From contig DAHWNL010000073.1 in NCBI GenBank assembly GCA_027339965.1, forward strand, positions 1,113 through 65,112: a DNA stretch of 64,000 bases. Reading direction: 5' to 3'. This document shows positions 28,969-37,713 of this stretch, piece after piece; position 1 is the first letter of the stretch, and each line of letters begins with the position of its first letter. Under the pieces are notes generated by a model that saw only the letters and a program-made list of their open reading frames with translations, did not search any database and was not told the origin of the DNA. A program made the position numbers and the translations under genes. The DNA comes from Granulicella sp. (lineage in GTDB: Bacteria; Acidobacteriota; Terriglobia; Terriglobales; Acidobacteriaceae).

Positions 28969-29051
28969 AATTCACCTTCCTGTGATTTGAGTGCGAGCCG
29001 CTACCCGTTGAACTCCGTCAAGGCGGATCCATTGCTTGTCGCAGCTAGTGG

Positions 29052-29879
29052 CTAGACGGACTTGCTGATCTTCTTCCGTTCCGCCTTGGGAAGCGGAACT
29101 TCTTCCAAGACCTCGACAATCTGCGGATATTGCGGATTGTCATTCATTCTTACCCTGAATCCCCGTCGCCTGTGCAACTGTGCCCCTATCTCGGGAGTGC
29201 AGTACACCAGATGCTTCGAGACATAAGAATTTGCGCCTTCATCGAAAACCTCAACTACAAATCGGTTCTCGCGTGTCGGCCCGACCGTCCTCGAACTCAC
29301 AATATGGAAAACCACGATCTGGCAAGCAGCGGGGAATAAGGATGATGGACCTCTGAGCTTGGCCCTCCCGAGCTTTCCGATTACCAGGCCGCGGTCCTTG
29401 CGTGGATGACTCTTTGCCGCAGCCTTAGCCAGCTTGTCTACTCTCTTCAAAAGAGGCGTGGATTTGTTTGTTACCTTGCCTATGTCAATACGAATGCCAG
29501 CTTTCAATTTTGCCGAAAGGAACACCTTCCACAAATCCCAATTCTCAACCGGTCGTCCCGATGAGTTTCGCCACTTCGCCTTCTGCCAATATGGCGCTGA
29601 GTACTGGTTGTCCACCACATATTGAGAATCACTGAATATTTGCACCCGCACATATCCGCGTGAACCCAACGCTTCGTCTTTTGCCCAGTTCATCGCGGCT
29701 ATGCACGCAGAGAGTTCCATGCGATTAATCGTGCTTTCTTCAAATCCCTGAAACAGCACTGAGTGCTCAGTATCGTCGTCCGGGTAAACAACAATCCCAG
29801 CGTAGCCTGCTTTCCTTCCCTCTTTGGGATAGCATGAACCGTCGACCGAGATTTGTACGGCGTGAGGATCGGGTTCCAT
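29052..29879 (-). CDS. RNase H (type 1) domain protein with uncharacterised ~120-aa C-terminal domain
   Basis: DEDD residues in 'SVDGSC', 'NRMELSA', 'FSDSQYV' and 'KRVDKLA'. Region looks more AT-rich than its flanks. Confidence 0.7.
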   Translation of the reverse strand: MEPDPHAVQISVDGSCYPKEGRKAGYAGIVVYPDDDTEHSVLFQGFEESTINRMELSACIAAMNWAKDEALGSRGYVRVQIFSDSQYVVDNQYSAPYWQKAKWRNSSGRPVENWDLWKVFLSAKLKAGIRIDIGKVTNKSTPLLKRVDKLAKAAAKSHPRKDRGLVIGKLGRAKLRGPSSLFPAACQIVVFHIVSSRTVGPTRENRFVVEVFDEGANSYVSKHLVYCTPEIGAQLHRRRGFRVRMNDNPQYPQIVEVLEEVPLPKAERKKISKSV

Positions 29880-29916
29880 CTTGGGTCGATTTTACGTCGA
29901 CCATCTGCAAGGTCGA

Positions 29917-30366
29917 TCAAAATGGCACGTCATCGTCTGTGATGCCGAGTCCATCGAATTCGCCTACCGGCTCATTTTGCTGCGTGTCATGCGGTGCCTT
30001 TTGATCCGATGCAGCTTTCCCTGAGCGACCGCTATCCGAAAGCAAGCTGATGTCTCCAACCACGATCTCGGTGCGGAAGATCTTCTTGCCGCTCTCCTTA
30101 TCGTCCCAGGAGCGGGTTGTGAGCCGTCCCTCGACATACAGCTTCGACCCCTTGTGCACGTAATCGCGGAGGATCTCAGCGCCGCGCGCGTACGCGACCA
30201 GGTTGTGCCACTCGGTGCGCTCCTGCCACTCGCCCTGCTTGTCTTTGAAGCGCTCGGAGGTCGCCAGCGAAAGCTTGGCAACGAGCGTTCCACCGTTTGT
30301 TGACGCGATTTCCGGATCCTTGCCAACATTGCCCAGCAACAGGACCTTGTTCACTGTCTTGCTCAT
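29917..30366 (-). CDS. ssb: single-stranded DNA-binding protein
   Basis: OB-fold N-terminus 'NKVLLLGNVGKDPE...TEWHNLV' and the acidic tip 'DDDVPF'. Confidence 0.95.
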   Translation of the reverse strand: MSKTVNKVLLLGNVGKDPEIASTNGGTLVAKLSLATSERFKDKQGEWQERTEWHNLVAYARGAEILRDYVHKGSKLYVEGRLTTRSWDDKESGKKIFRTEIVVGDISLLSDSGRSGKAASDQKAPHDTQQNEPVGEFDGLGITDDDVPF

Positions 30367-30420
30367 GATTTGCTTCTCCTTTTCCCGCGCATTCGTCGTT
30401 CCGGCGCGAACACCGTGTTC

Positions 30421-30636
30421 TTAACTCAAAACGTGCGCGATGGCCCTTCGCAGTTCCTCCGGGTCGTATCCATTCCCGGTGTAGCGAAAACACCTTCCTT
30501 CAGCGTCGAGGTTCAGGTATCGGCGCGTATCGATGTGCTTGTACAGGTAGAGTTCGCCGGAGCGGCCCATGAACATGAAGTGCTCGCACAGTTTCGGTCC
30601 GAGCACCTGTTCCAACGGCGCCCAATCGGTCGTCAT
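30421..30636 (-). CDS. small hypothetical protein
   Basis: Trimmed to the ATG at 30636, which forms an ATGA overlap with the upstream membrane-protein gene. Confidence 0.45.
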   Translation of the reverse strand: MTTDWAPLEQVLGPKLCEHFMFMGRSGELYLYKHIDTRRYLNLDAEGRCFRYTGNGYDPEELRRAIAHVLS

Positions 30637-30971
30637 AACTGTTTCTCCGCATTCGCGTTGACCGGCTTCGGGACCTCCTCGAACAGTTCGCCGAGCAGGT
30701 AGATTGTGGTCCCGGTGAGGCACATAACCATCACGTAGTCGAAGACTCTGAAATCAAGCCCTGTCCGACGTATCAAGAGCTCCAACACCATCGCCGCGTG
30801 CAGGAGTATCACGAAGGACGCGGCCCAGAGCGCATGACGAACCACACGATGCATCGCGATCTGCTCGCCGTTCTTGCGGACTTCGAGCAGCACGAAGATT
30901 GCGAAGTAGGCACACAGAACGTACCACTCCTGCGCGAGCAGCTCGATCAAACCCTTTAGTGTCAAATTCAT
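30633..30971 (-). CDS. small membrane protein
   Basis: 112 aa with about 3 hydrophobic helices. Translationally coupled. Confidence 0.5.
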   Translation of the reverse strand: MNLTLKGLIELLAQEWYVLCAYFAIFVLLEVRKNGEQIAMHRVVRHALWAASFVILLHAAMVLELLIRRTGLDFRVFDYVMVMCLTGTTIYLLGELFEEVPKPVNANAEKQL

Positions 30972-30997
30972 TTCCTCTCCCTCTCCGAAGGTTCAAT

Positions 30998-31309
30998 TCA
31001 GCCTTCGAGGAACATTCCGACATCGGAGAACCGGCGCATCAGAGCCAGCACTCCAAGCACCGCCGGGCCCATGGCCAGTGCATTGATAAGGTCGATGTGA
31101 TGCAGTTTGCGTTCGAGACTGCTCTCTTCTTCGTCCCGACCGATTTCGAGTTCAATCCTGAGCCGGACGACCAGAAGAATTGCGACGATGATGGCCGCCA
31201 CTGCAACCGGCGGATTCGCAACATTGTGCGAGGCCACGCCGATCGTGAAGAGGGTCAGGCCGAAGCAACGTAGCCGTTCATAGATCCGCGGATGATGCCA
31301 GTCAATCAT
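30998..31309 (-). CDS. small membrane protein
   Basis: 103 aa with 2-3 hydrophobic helices. 4-nt overlap with the upstream gene. Confidence 0.5.
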   Translation of the reverse strand: MIDWHHPRIYERLRCFGLTLFTIGVASHNVANPPVAVAAIIVAILLVVRLRIELEIGRDEEESSLERKLHHIDLINALAMGPAVLGVLALMRRFSDVGMFLEG

Positions 31310-31935
31310 GCGGACACCTCAACCAGCTGCGGCATCGGCGCTGCCTCCAGCAGATGCGAATGACGGCACCCGCAACAGCACACAGCCTCGGTCACTTTCA
31401 TTGTTGCTTCGGTCCAGAGCGGCCCGGGCGACCCCGGTTCGCCGCTTCGGGTCAGGAAGTGCGGTGTGGCGCCGCCGCGGAATGCCGCATCCTTCCCCCA
31501 CAACTCGGTTTCCAGAAATCCGTTGCGGCCGAGAAAGAGAATCGCGCTTCGTAGTTCCGCGCGCCTGCCGTCCTTTTGTTCGAGCCAATGCGTGGTGATC
31601 AGCAGATCGTAGGTGTTCTCAAAGCGGAACATCTCGACGCGAACGAATTCATCGCCGACGATGACAGCATGCATGCCGTTCGGGAGGAAGTTCTGGACCC
31701 GTTGCAGCCAGGGGACTGCGCAGCCGTCTACACCGACGAAGCCGACGTAGTGGCCCAGGAGTTCCACCGCTCCTCCCGATTCCTCGCCACGAATCTTCCA
31801 TGCTTTCGCATGCTGCTGGTAAACGATGTCCAACTGCGGCCGGCAGCGGATGCCAGTCTTCCGGATTTGCTCCCGAGTCTCTGCGGGGAGCGCCAGTCCA
31901 CGCCGCGCAATCATGGTCAGCCGACTCTCCTTCAC
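31306..31935 (-). CDS. hypothetical protein with C-terminal CCCGC cluster
   Basis: Start trimmed from 32106 to the GTG at 31935 (AGGGAGG 5 nt upstream). The ATG at 31914 is an alternative. Ends '...VCCCGCRHSH...'. Confidence 0.5.
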   Translation of the reverse strand: MKESRLTMIARRGLALPAETREQIRKTGIRCRPQLDIVYQQHAKAWKIRGEESGGAVELLGHYVGFVGVDGCAVPWLQRVQNFLPNGMHAVIVGDEFVRVEMFRFENTYDLLITTHWLEQKDGRRAELRSAILFLGRNGFLETELWGKDAAFRGGATPHFLTRSGEPGSPGPLWTEATMKVTEAVCCCGCRHSHLLEAAPMPQLVEVSA

Positions 31936-31949
31936 GTTCACCTCCCTGT

Positions 31950-33014
31950 TTACCGCCGGGTCTGTTTGGGTATGGGCTGACCCAGTGCCTCGCGGATCAT
32001 CTCGCGCGAGCATCCGGCCCAGCATCTGTAGAACTGGGGATTGGCCACCGAAATCGCCAAATTGTCCCGCGCGCGATCGCGTCCCTGTTGTGCGCAGGAC
32101 GGACATTGCGTCCAGTAGTTGCCGCTCCGCTTGAATCGAACCTTGACGTGCTGGAGAATCTGAAAGCCGGCATGCGCAACATTGGACGGCGGAACTTGCT
32201 TTGCCACCCGGCCGCAGACGGATTCCGGAATCGACACGCCTTGCGTGAATGTTTCGAGTTCCGCCGCGGTGAGCCGCTTCACCGACCGGAGATACGCGAT
32301 TTGCTCGGCGAGATTGCTGGGCGCATCCTCAAACCAGTAGCGGTGCATGTTGGCGCGGTGGATGCCGAGTGGCCCGCGAATGGCGTTCCCGTACTCTGAT
32401 TCGCCGATCTCATCCTGGCGCGGAAAGACCTCGATACCGTCCACCTGCCGGAACGTTCCTTTGATCGGAACGTCGAGGCGGAGAGCCAGACTATATATAT
32501 AGGTGCGGCAGAGCCGGGCGGGTAATGGCCGCTCGCAGAGGATCCAGAGGTGCGCGCCGCGCCGCGACATCTCGACGACGGCGTGAACCCCGTCCTGTTC
32601 CAGTTCCCACTTGAGGGTCCGGAGGTCGCGGTAAGCACCTTCGTAGTCGGCATCGATAGCCACCCATTTTGAACACTGCGTCTCCGGATTGATGGCATAG
32701 AGGCCGATTGTCAGTTCCCCGGCCAGGTGCCTCTGGACCACTACGGGGTCGAGCGCCATTCGCTCTTTTGTCTGCTTATTCCGCGCCTGGTAGAAGTAGT
32801 ACTTGCCCGAGTGTTCATCTGGCCGGTCCGTTTGCCGCGTATAAGCCCGCCGGTTCACAAACCATGCCATGTATTCGGCCGCCTGGCCGACCGTAGTCGG
32901 CAGGATCTCCGGCTGCGGTCGCGGCGCCTTCCACGTGCCAACAAGTTGAGCCATGGCTGGTGCTCCCTTCCGGTCAAGCTGTGCTGTTGTAGCCCGGTTC
33001 CAAAACTCGGTCAA
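31950..33014 (-). CDS. archaeo-eukaryotic primase (AEP/PrimPol)-like protein with C-terminal zinc-ribbon
   Basis: AEP-like motifs 'IGLYAI', 'VAIDADY' (DxD) and 'SRRGAHLWIL' (sxH). C-terminal 'CPSCAQQG...CWAGCS'. Confidence 0.6.
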   Translation of the reverse strand: MTEFWNRATTAQLDRKGAPAMAQLVGTWKAPRPQPEILPTTVGQAAEYMAWFVNRRAYTRQTDRPDEHSGKYYFYQARNKQTKERMALDPVVVQRHLAGELTIGLYAINPETQCSKWVAIDADYEGAYRDLRTLKWELEQDGVHAVVEMSRRGAHLWILCERPLPARLCRTYIYSLALRLDVPIKGTFRQVDGIEVFPRQDEIGESEYGNAIRGPLGIHRANMHRYWFEDAPSNLAEQIAYLRSVKRLTAAELETFTQGVSIPESVCGRVAKQVPPSNVAHAGFQILQHVKVRFKRSGNYWTQCPSCAQQGRDRARDNLAISVANPQFYRCWAGCSREMIREALGQPIPKQTRR

Positions 33015-33035
33015 ATGGACCGGGATTCGCCCTTC

Positions 33036-33494
33036 CTAGCAGGCGGCAACGGCCATGGCTGGAGCACTAAGGCCCAGCTCCGGCACTGGCGCAACCGGGT
33101 GGTTTCCCGGAACGTGCCGGCGATGAGACTTCCTGCGCTTGCCGTCGATCAGGTCGAGCAGGCGGTATACCCGCAGGGCAATCTGGAAGTCATTGCCGTT
33201 GAGCGTGTCCTCCTTCAGGTCGAAGCGGAGCCAGAAGAAGGACTGCAGCGGCTCGGCGAAAAGATAGATCCCCCCGGTGTTCGGCTCTCCGGGGGCGCTT
33301 TGCAGGATCAGGAATCCGTCTTCTTCTTCCACGAGCCGTTCCGCGCGGGCTTCCCCTGCGGCGAGAAATGCACGCAGCACATCCCAGCGATTGGTCCTGG
33401 CCGCCAGGCCAAGATCGGTGACGGACATGATGTAGTCCACGTGCAAGCTGCCGAGCAGCTCGCGCTTCGAATACCGGCGATGACGGTGCGACAT
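33036..33494 (-). CDS. hypothetical protein
   Basis: Trimmed to the internal ATG (MSHRHRRYSKRELL...) preceded by GAAGGAGGAAG. The longer ORF-track version would overlap the next gene. Confidence 0.5.
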   Translation of the reverse strand: MSHRHRRYSKRELLGSLHVDYIMSVTDLGLAARTNRWDVLRAFLAAGEARAERLVEEEDGFLILQSAPGEPNTGGIYLFAEPLQSFFWLRFDLKEDTLNGNDFQIALRVYRLLDLIDGKRRKSHRRHVPGNHPVAPVPELGLSAPAMAVAAC

Positions 33495-33585
33495 GACACT
33501 TCCTCCTTCATTGGTTTTCTGGCTGGAATTGAAAAAGCCCCGACCAAATAGCGGGGCGCGGATGGGTTCCGGTTGTGGGTTGGGG

Positions 33586-33852
33586 TTAAACTTCGATGGT
33601 CGCCTGCACAGCAGCCTCGGTATATGCCGACGAGATGGCGCTGTCGATGTACAGGAGATCGCCCACTGTGTGGCGCCACATGTTGCCAAGCGTGAGGGCC
33701 AGCGGCGCGATCAGGAGCAGTAGAACAGGCGAGACTTTCTGCCCCGCGACCCAATGGACCATCAGGGCACAGACAACAAGGTTGAGGATGGTGAACACAA
33801 TGCTCGTCGCAAAGCGACAAAGCGCACGGCGGTACATGAAGGCTATTGGCAT
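33586..33852 (-). CDS. small membrane protein
   Basis: 88 aa with two hydrophobic helices. Confidence 0.4.
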   Translation of the reverse strand: MPIAFMYRRALCRFATSIVFTILNLVVCALMVHWVAGQKVSPVLLLLIAPLALTLGNMWRHTVGDLLYIDSAISSAYTEAAVQATIEV

Positions 33853-34050
33853 AGCAGTCTCCTCAAGAGCGATGGATTTTGGTGAAGATGAACGGAACGG
33901 CGCTGGAATTAGCTTGGCGGCAGGGTTTTCCTAATGGCTTGTAAGGTAAGCCAGCACTCAGGGAGCGCAACTGTCAGTTGAAGTGGATTCTCAGCAGCTT
34001 GAGAAGCGGCGGGCGCGACATACCGGGGGGCGTGTCCCGAATTCTCGAGG

Positions 34051-34557
34051 TTAAGCGTTCCGCTTCCGCTCGCGATAAAAGGCAATTAGGTCCATGGACT
34101 TCGGCGGTGCTGCGTCCAGTTGTCGCAGCATCGTGGTGATCTGTCCGCGATGATAGGTGCCGTGATTGACGACGTGCTGCAGCACCTGCCAGAGAACGTC
34201 GGACTGGTCATTACCGCGAAGATCCTGATACTCGACCGTGCGATTCACAGCTTCCGGACCCAGTCTTGCGAGTTGTTCGCGCATCTCGCCTTCCAGTTCA
34301 GTCCACTCCTTGCGAGCTGAGTCTATGTCAGGAAGGCGGTCCGGCTTCTGGAGTTCCTGCGGTTTGTCGCCCTTCAATCGTGTGATCCAAATGCGCTCGG
34401 CGGCGCAGAGGTGCGCCACGGTGTCGCGTATTGAGCTGAAGCTGTTGCCCATAGGACGGGTGAACTGTTCGGGCGTTATTGCGCTTACGGCATCGAGCAC
34501 CCGGTCACGCGCCCAGTAGTGGTAGTCGATGAGGAGGCGGAGATCGTCGTAGGTCAT
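34051..34557 (-). CDS. DinB-family protein
   Basis: 'DYHYWARDRV', 'TVAHLCAAERIW' and 'HVVNHGTYHRGQ' (DinB/YfiT His triad pattern). Confidence 0.85.
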   Translation of the reverse strand: MTYDDLRLLIDYHYWARDRVLDAVSAITPEQFTRPMGNSFSSIRDTVAHLCAAERIWITRLKGDKPQELQKPDRLPDIDSARKEWTELEGEMREQLARLGPEAVNRTVEYQDLRGNDQSDVLWQVLQHVVNHGTYHRGQITTMLRQLDAAPPKSMDLIAFYRERKRNA

Positions 34558-34726
34558 CAGGTTCAGTTTAGGACTCTGGCGTGCCCGCCGAACGGCCGTT
34601 ATGCCGAATCTTCATGTCGCATCGCCCACAATTCAATGGACGCAGTTTGAAGCGATCCTCAATCTTCCGCCCGGACAAGTGGTGTCTCAGTTTTACGAAT
34701 CGGCGCAGTCCGTCGGACGAGTCGCG

Positions 34727-35260
34727 CTAAGCAGACACGTACGTCAACCTGATCACGTCCTCGACAATTGGATCGCTGGCCACAAGGCGGAGCGGCGGCC
34801 GGGGGCCGGTGAAGTATGGCCGGCCAGACCCAAGCACGACCGGGTGCAGGTAGATTCGATACTCGTCGATGAGGCCAAGGTTGGTCAGGCTTCCTGCCAG
34901 GACGGGTCCGGCAACTTCAATCTCCCCGTCGAGCTGGGCCTTCAGTCTGCGTATCGCCACCTCCATGTCGCCGTCGACGAGTGTGGCGTTGGGGCCGACC
35001 GATTTCAAAGAGCGCGACACAACCCACTTCGGCTGGGCTCGCCATGCCGCAGCATAGTCACGTTCCTCCGCATCCCAATCCGGAAGGTCATTGTCCCAAT
35101 AGCGCATGACCTCGTACATGCCGCGACCGTAAATCATGCCCGTCAAGCCGCGTACCCGTTCAACGAAATGACGAAAGAGCGCGGGACGGGGTGGCCCCAT
35201 TTTCTGGTGGTCGACGTAGCCGTCCAGGGATTGGTTCAATTCATACACGAGCTTCGCCAT
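34727..35260 (-). CDS. dihydrofolate reductase-family protein (RibD C-terminal domain type)
   Basis: 'YELNQSLDGYV', 'MIYGRGMYEVM' and 'IDEYRIYLHPVVLGSGRPYF'. Confidence 0.85.
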   Translation of the reverse strand: MAKLVYELNQSLDGYVDHQKMGPPRPALFRHFVERVRGLTGMIYGRGMYEVMRYWDNDLPDWDAEERDYAAAWRAQPKWVVSRSLKSVGPNATLVDGDMEVAIRRLKAQLDGEIEVAGPVLAGSLTNLGLIDEYRIYLHPVVLGSGRPYFTGPRPPLRLVASDPIVEDVIRLTYVSA

Positions 35261-35601
35261 GCTACAAAACCTCCACCCAGGTCCTTCAACTTAGCTTAAG
35301 CCGACAGATCAGTACCTGCTCCGAAGGGCCGAAAAATACCTGCGATCCTGAGCCACAAATCAGAGCTTTTGAGGGATAGTCAAAAATAACATCAGAGTGC
35401 CCAACGGCTTACCTGGCCGGTTGTAAAGACTTGTCTGCGCGATGTAAAGAGCTTTATTGGCGAAGGAACGAGGCCATCGAGGCGTTGTCGGAGCGATCTC
35501 TGGAGCCTCTGAATTACGACCGGGATGAGCGCTCCGCAGTCCTTGCCGGCGACGGCAATCTATTGCAAGTTCAGGGGGCGGACACTTCCACGAGTGCGAC
35601 G

Positions 35602-36462
35602 CTAATGGCGCGGCAGAGCGGAGACGATCTCGGCCAGGATCACCTTTTTCTGACCGGGAAACAGCGTACAGTACATGGGAAGGTTCAGCGGGTTGCGGCG
35701 GAATGGCCCGGACGGCGCGAACACGGTTGGAAAATCCAATTCCTCAAATTCGGCCCTGAGCTGGTAAACAAGATCGATCGATGAGGTGAGGTAGACAAGA
35801 AGATCGAGCTGCTTCTCCTCTTTCACCGCCTTCACAATCTCCCGGTACCGCTGAGATCCTTTGAGTGTTTTCTCGTATTCGATTCCTGCCGATACTTCCA
35901 TGCAGCGTTCGATTGCGAGTTCAGCAACGGCGTCGTAATCCTTGGCGAGCGGCAGGTCAATCGACAAATTCATGGATCGGAGTTCGATATCCGAGATCCA
36001 CCTGCGCAGAATTCTGGCTTTTCTGAGGGCACCCCTGATTTCGCCAAGTTCCAAATAGTGCGCAGCCTGGCGGCTGTTCGGCAACGATCTGGAATCGGAG
36101 GTAATGCTGACCAGTCCTTCTCCGCAGCTCTCAAGGCAGATCAGACCAGCGCGGGTAATCGTGTACGTCGCGCCCGAGTAGGGCATGATTTGAGGCAATC
36201 TTTGGATCAGGCCGGCATCGACCAGCCGTTTCAGCCGCCAGCAAAAGCCCTGTCGGTTCGACTCCGTTCCCTGACTGGCGAGTTGGGAAAACAGCTGACC
36301 ATGGCTGATAAAGGCGGCATTGCGGACCGCGAGAATCATCGGAAGATCGCGTCCAGGATTGAAGTGGAGAACACCCCGCCTCAAATGGTTGCGACTTTCG
36401 TCTTCTGCTACGAGGACTTCCTCATCTCGAAACCGTTCCACGTGACCTCCCATTTTCCGCAT
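35602..36462 (-). CDS. winged-helix protein, possibly replication-relaxation (Replic_Relax) family
   Basis: N-terminal wHTH-like 'ILAVRNAAFISHGQLFSQL...WRLKRLVDAGLIQR'. Start trimmed to the ATG at 36462. Family call is from memory and uncertain. Confidence 0.5.
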   Translation of the reverse strand: MRKMGGHVERFRDEEVLVAEDESRNHLRRGVLHFNPGRDLPMILAVRNAAFISHGQLFSQLASQGTESNRQGFCWRLKRLVDAGLIQRLPQIMPYSGATYTITRAGLICLESCGEGLVSITSDSRSLPNSRQAAHYLELGEIRGALRKARILRRWISDIELRSMNLSIDLPLAKDYDAVAELAIERCMEVSAGIEYEKTLKGSQRYREIVKAVKEEKQLDLLVYLTSSIDLVYQLRAEFEELDFPTVFAPSGPFRRNPLNLPMYCTLFPGQKKVILAEIVSALPRH

Positions 36463-36923
36463 GCTGTCCTCAACTCGGCACCGGGCGTCGCCAGAACCAA
36501 CGTCTCCTGAACGCCACGTAGCGCGCTCGAAGCAATGACCACCACGCTCCCGTTGTACCAACGGCCCTCGAAATCGATGCGGCCGATGACTGTGCTTCGC
36601 GCACAAACAAGGAGCCGATCGGCAGGGACGGCAGTTCTCATACATTTTCCGAGCAGGAGCCGGTTCCACTCTCCCCGCCGTTCCGGTCCCGGGCTTTCGT
36701 AGCAGCCGTTCTCAAAATTGCGGGCGCCTGCTGTCTGGGTGTGCGATGCGAGATTGATCCTCACCACACCCGAGATGTGCCACAGTCGCCGCTCATGCGA
36801 GCCGCAACGGAAGCCCGTGGTATTGAATACTGCGGCACGAATGGAAAAGCGTAACGGATCGGACGCCTGATTGCCGGGCCGCAACCACCACAATGATCCG
36901 AAACTGAGGCACCGAATCACCAT
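36408..36923 (-). CDS. hypothetical protein (weakly supported)
   Basis: Third-codon positions look more G/C-rich in this frame than in the competing upstream extension of the 35602 ORF. Begins 14 nt after the stop of the upstream gene. No motif recognised. Confidence 0.3.
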   Translation of the reverse strand: MVIRCLSFGSLWWLRPGNQASDPLRFSIRAAVFNTTGFRCGSHERRLWHISGVVRINLASHTQTAGARNFENGCYESPGPERRGEWNRLLLGKCMRTAVPADRLLVCARSTVIGRIDFEGRWYNGSVVVIASSALRGVQETLVLATPGAELRTACGKWEVTWNGFEMRKSS

Positions 36924-36936
36924 CCGTTTGCTCCCG

Positions 36937-37713
36937 TCAGACTGCCTGCGCTTTGGGTTTCCGCTGCTCTTCCAGGCTGTCGTGTGCCCGGCTCAGGCGC
37001 TCCCGCAGATTGGTTATCTGGTTGTCCTTAGCCTGAAGCTGCGCCGTCTTTCGCTGCAGCTTGGTCCCAACTTCTGCAAGTTGTGCCTTCAGACTCTCGA
37101 CCTCGGGGTACTCGGCTTCCTGCTTTTGCGGGTCATTCGGAACGGTCGTAACCGGCGCGGACTTAGGCTCTTCAACGTCGCCCCGGCCTTGCCGAACCTG
37201 GCTGAAATCCAATTCTGACTGGACGGGTTTCTCGGAAAGCTCGGCAATCTGGTTCTCAAGCCGCTGCCTCTGGCTGTCGAGTGCGTTGTAGCGCTCGACC
37301 AGCGCATTGTGTTTGGCGATTACTTCGAGAGCCTTGGCGCGCGAACCGATGTACGCATTGAAGAGCTGTGTGACGATATCGGCGGAGATTGTGAGCCGCC
37401 GTTCGCGATCTCTCAGCAGCCAGCCATTTCCGGTAAGGGAGACGCCGAAACCCATGCCGAGTAGGATCAAGCTCCAGAAATAGATCTGGTGAAGCGTGTT
37501 CTCGAACGTCTCTTTTCGCCAGTCTCCTACCACGGCGCCGTAATTCCTGTTCTGCGGATTGATCCCGGCAAGCGTCGTCTCGACGATGCCCTTGTGGCGT
37601 TGTGCCTGCCACTGGTGCGCCATCGGATCGTACGAACTGCGATCGGCTTGCAACGCATTCGCCGTTGCGGCCAGCGACAATAAAACGACTGCGAGCAGTG
37701 CGTAACGCTTCAT
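36937..37713 (-). CDS. secreted/membrane coiled-coil protein, T4SS-associated
   Basis: Signal peptide 'MKRYALLAVVLLSLAATANA', a central TM helix, and a Q/E/L-rich C-terminal coiled coil. ATGA overlap with the coupling-protein gene. Confidence 0.55.
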   Translation of the reverse strand: MKRYALLAVVLLSLAATANALQADRSSYDPMAHQWQAQRHKGIVETTLAGINPQNRNYGAVVGDWRKETFENTLHQIYFWSLILLGMGFGVSLTGNGWLLRDRERRLTISADIVTQLFNAYIGSRAKALEVIAKHNALVERYNALDSQRQRLENQIAELSEKPVQSELDFSQVRQGRGDVEEPKSAPVTTVPNDPQKQEAEYPEVESLKAQLAEVGTKLQRKTAQLQAKDNQITNLRERLSRAHDSLEEQRKPKAQAV

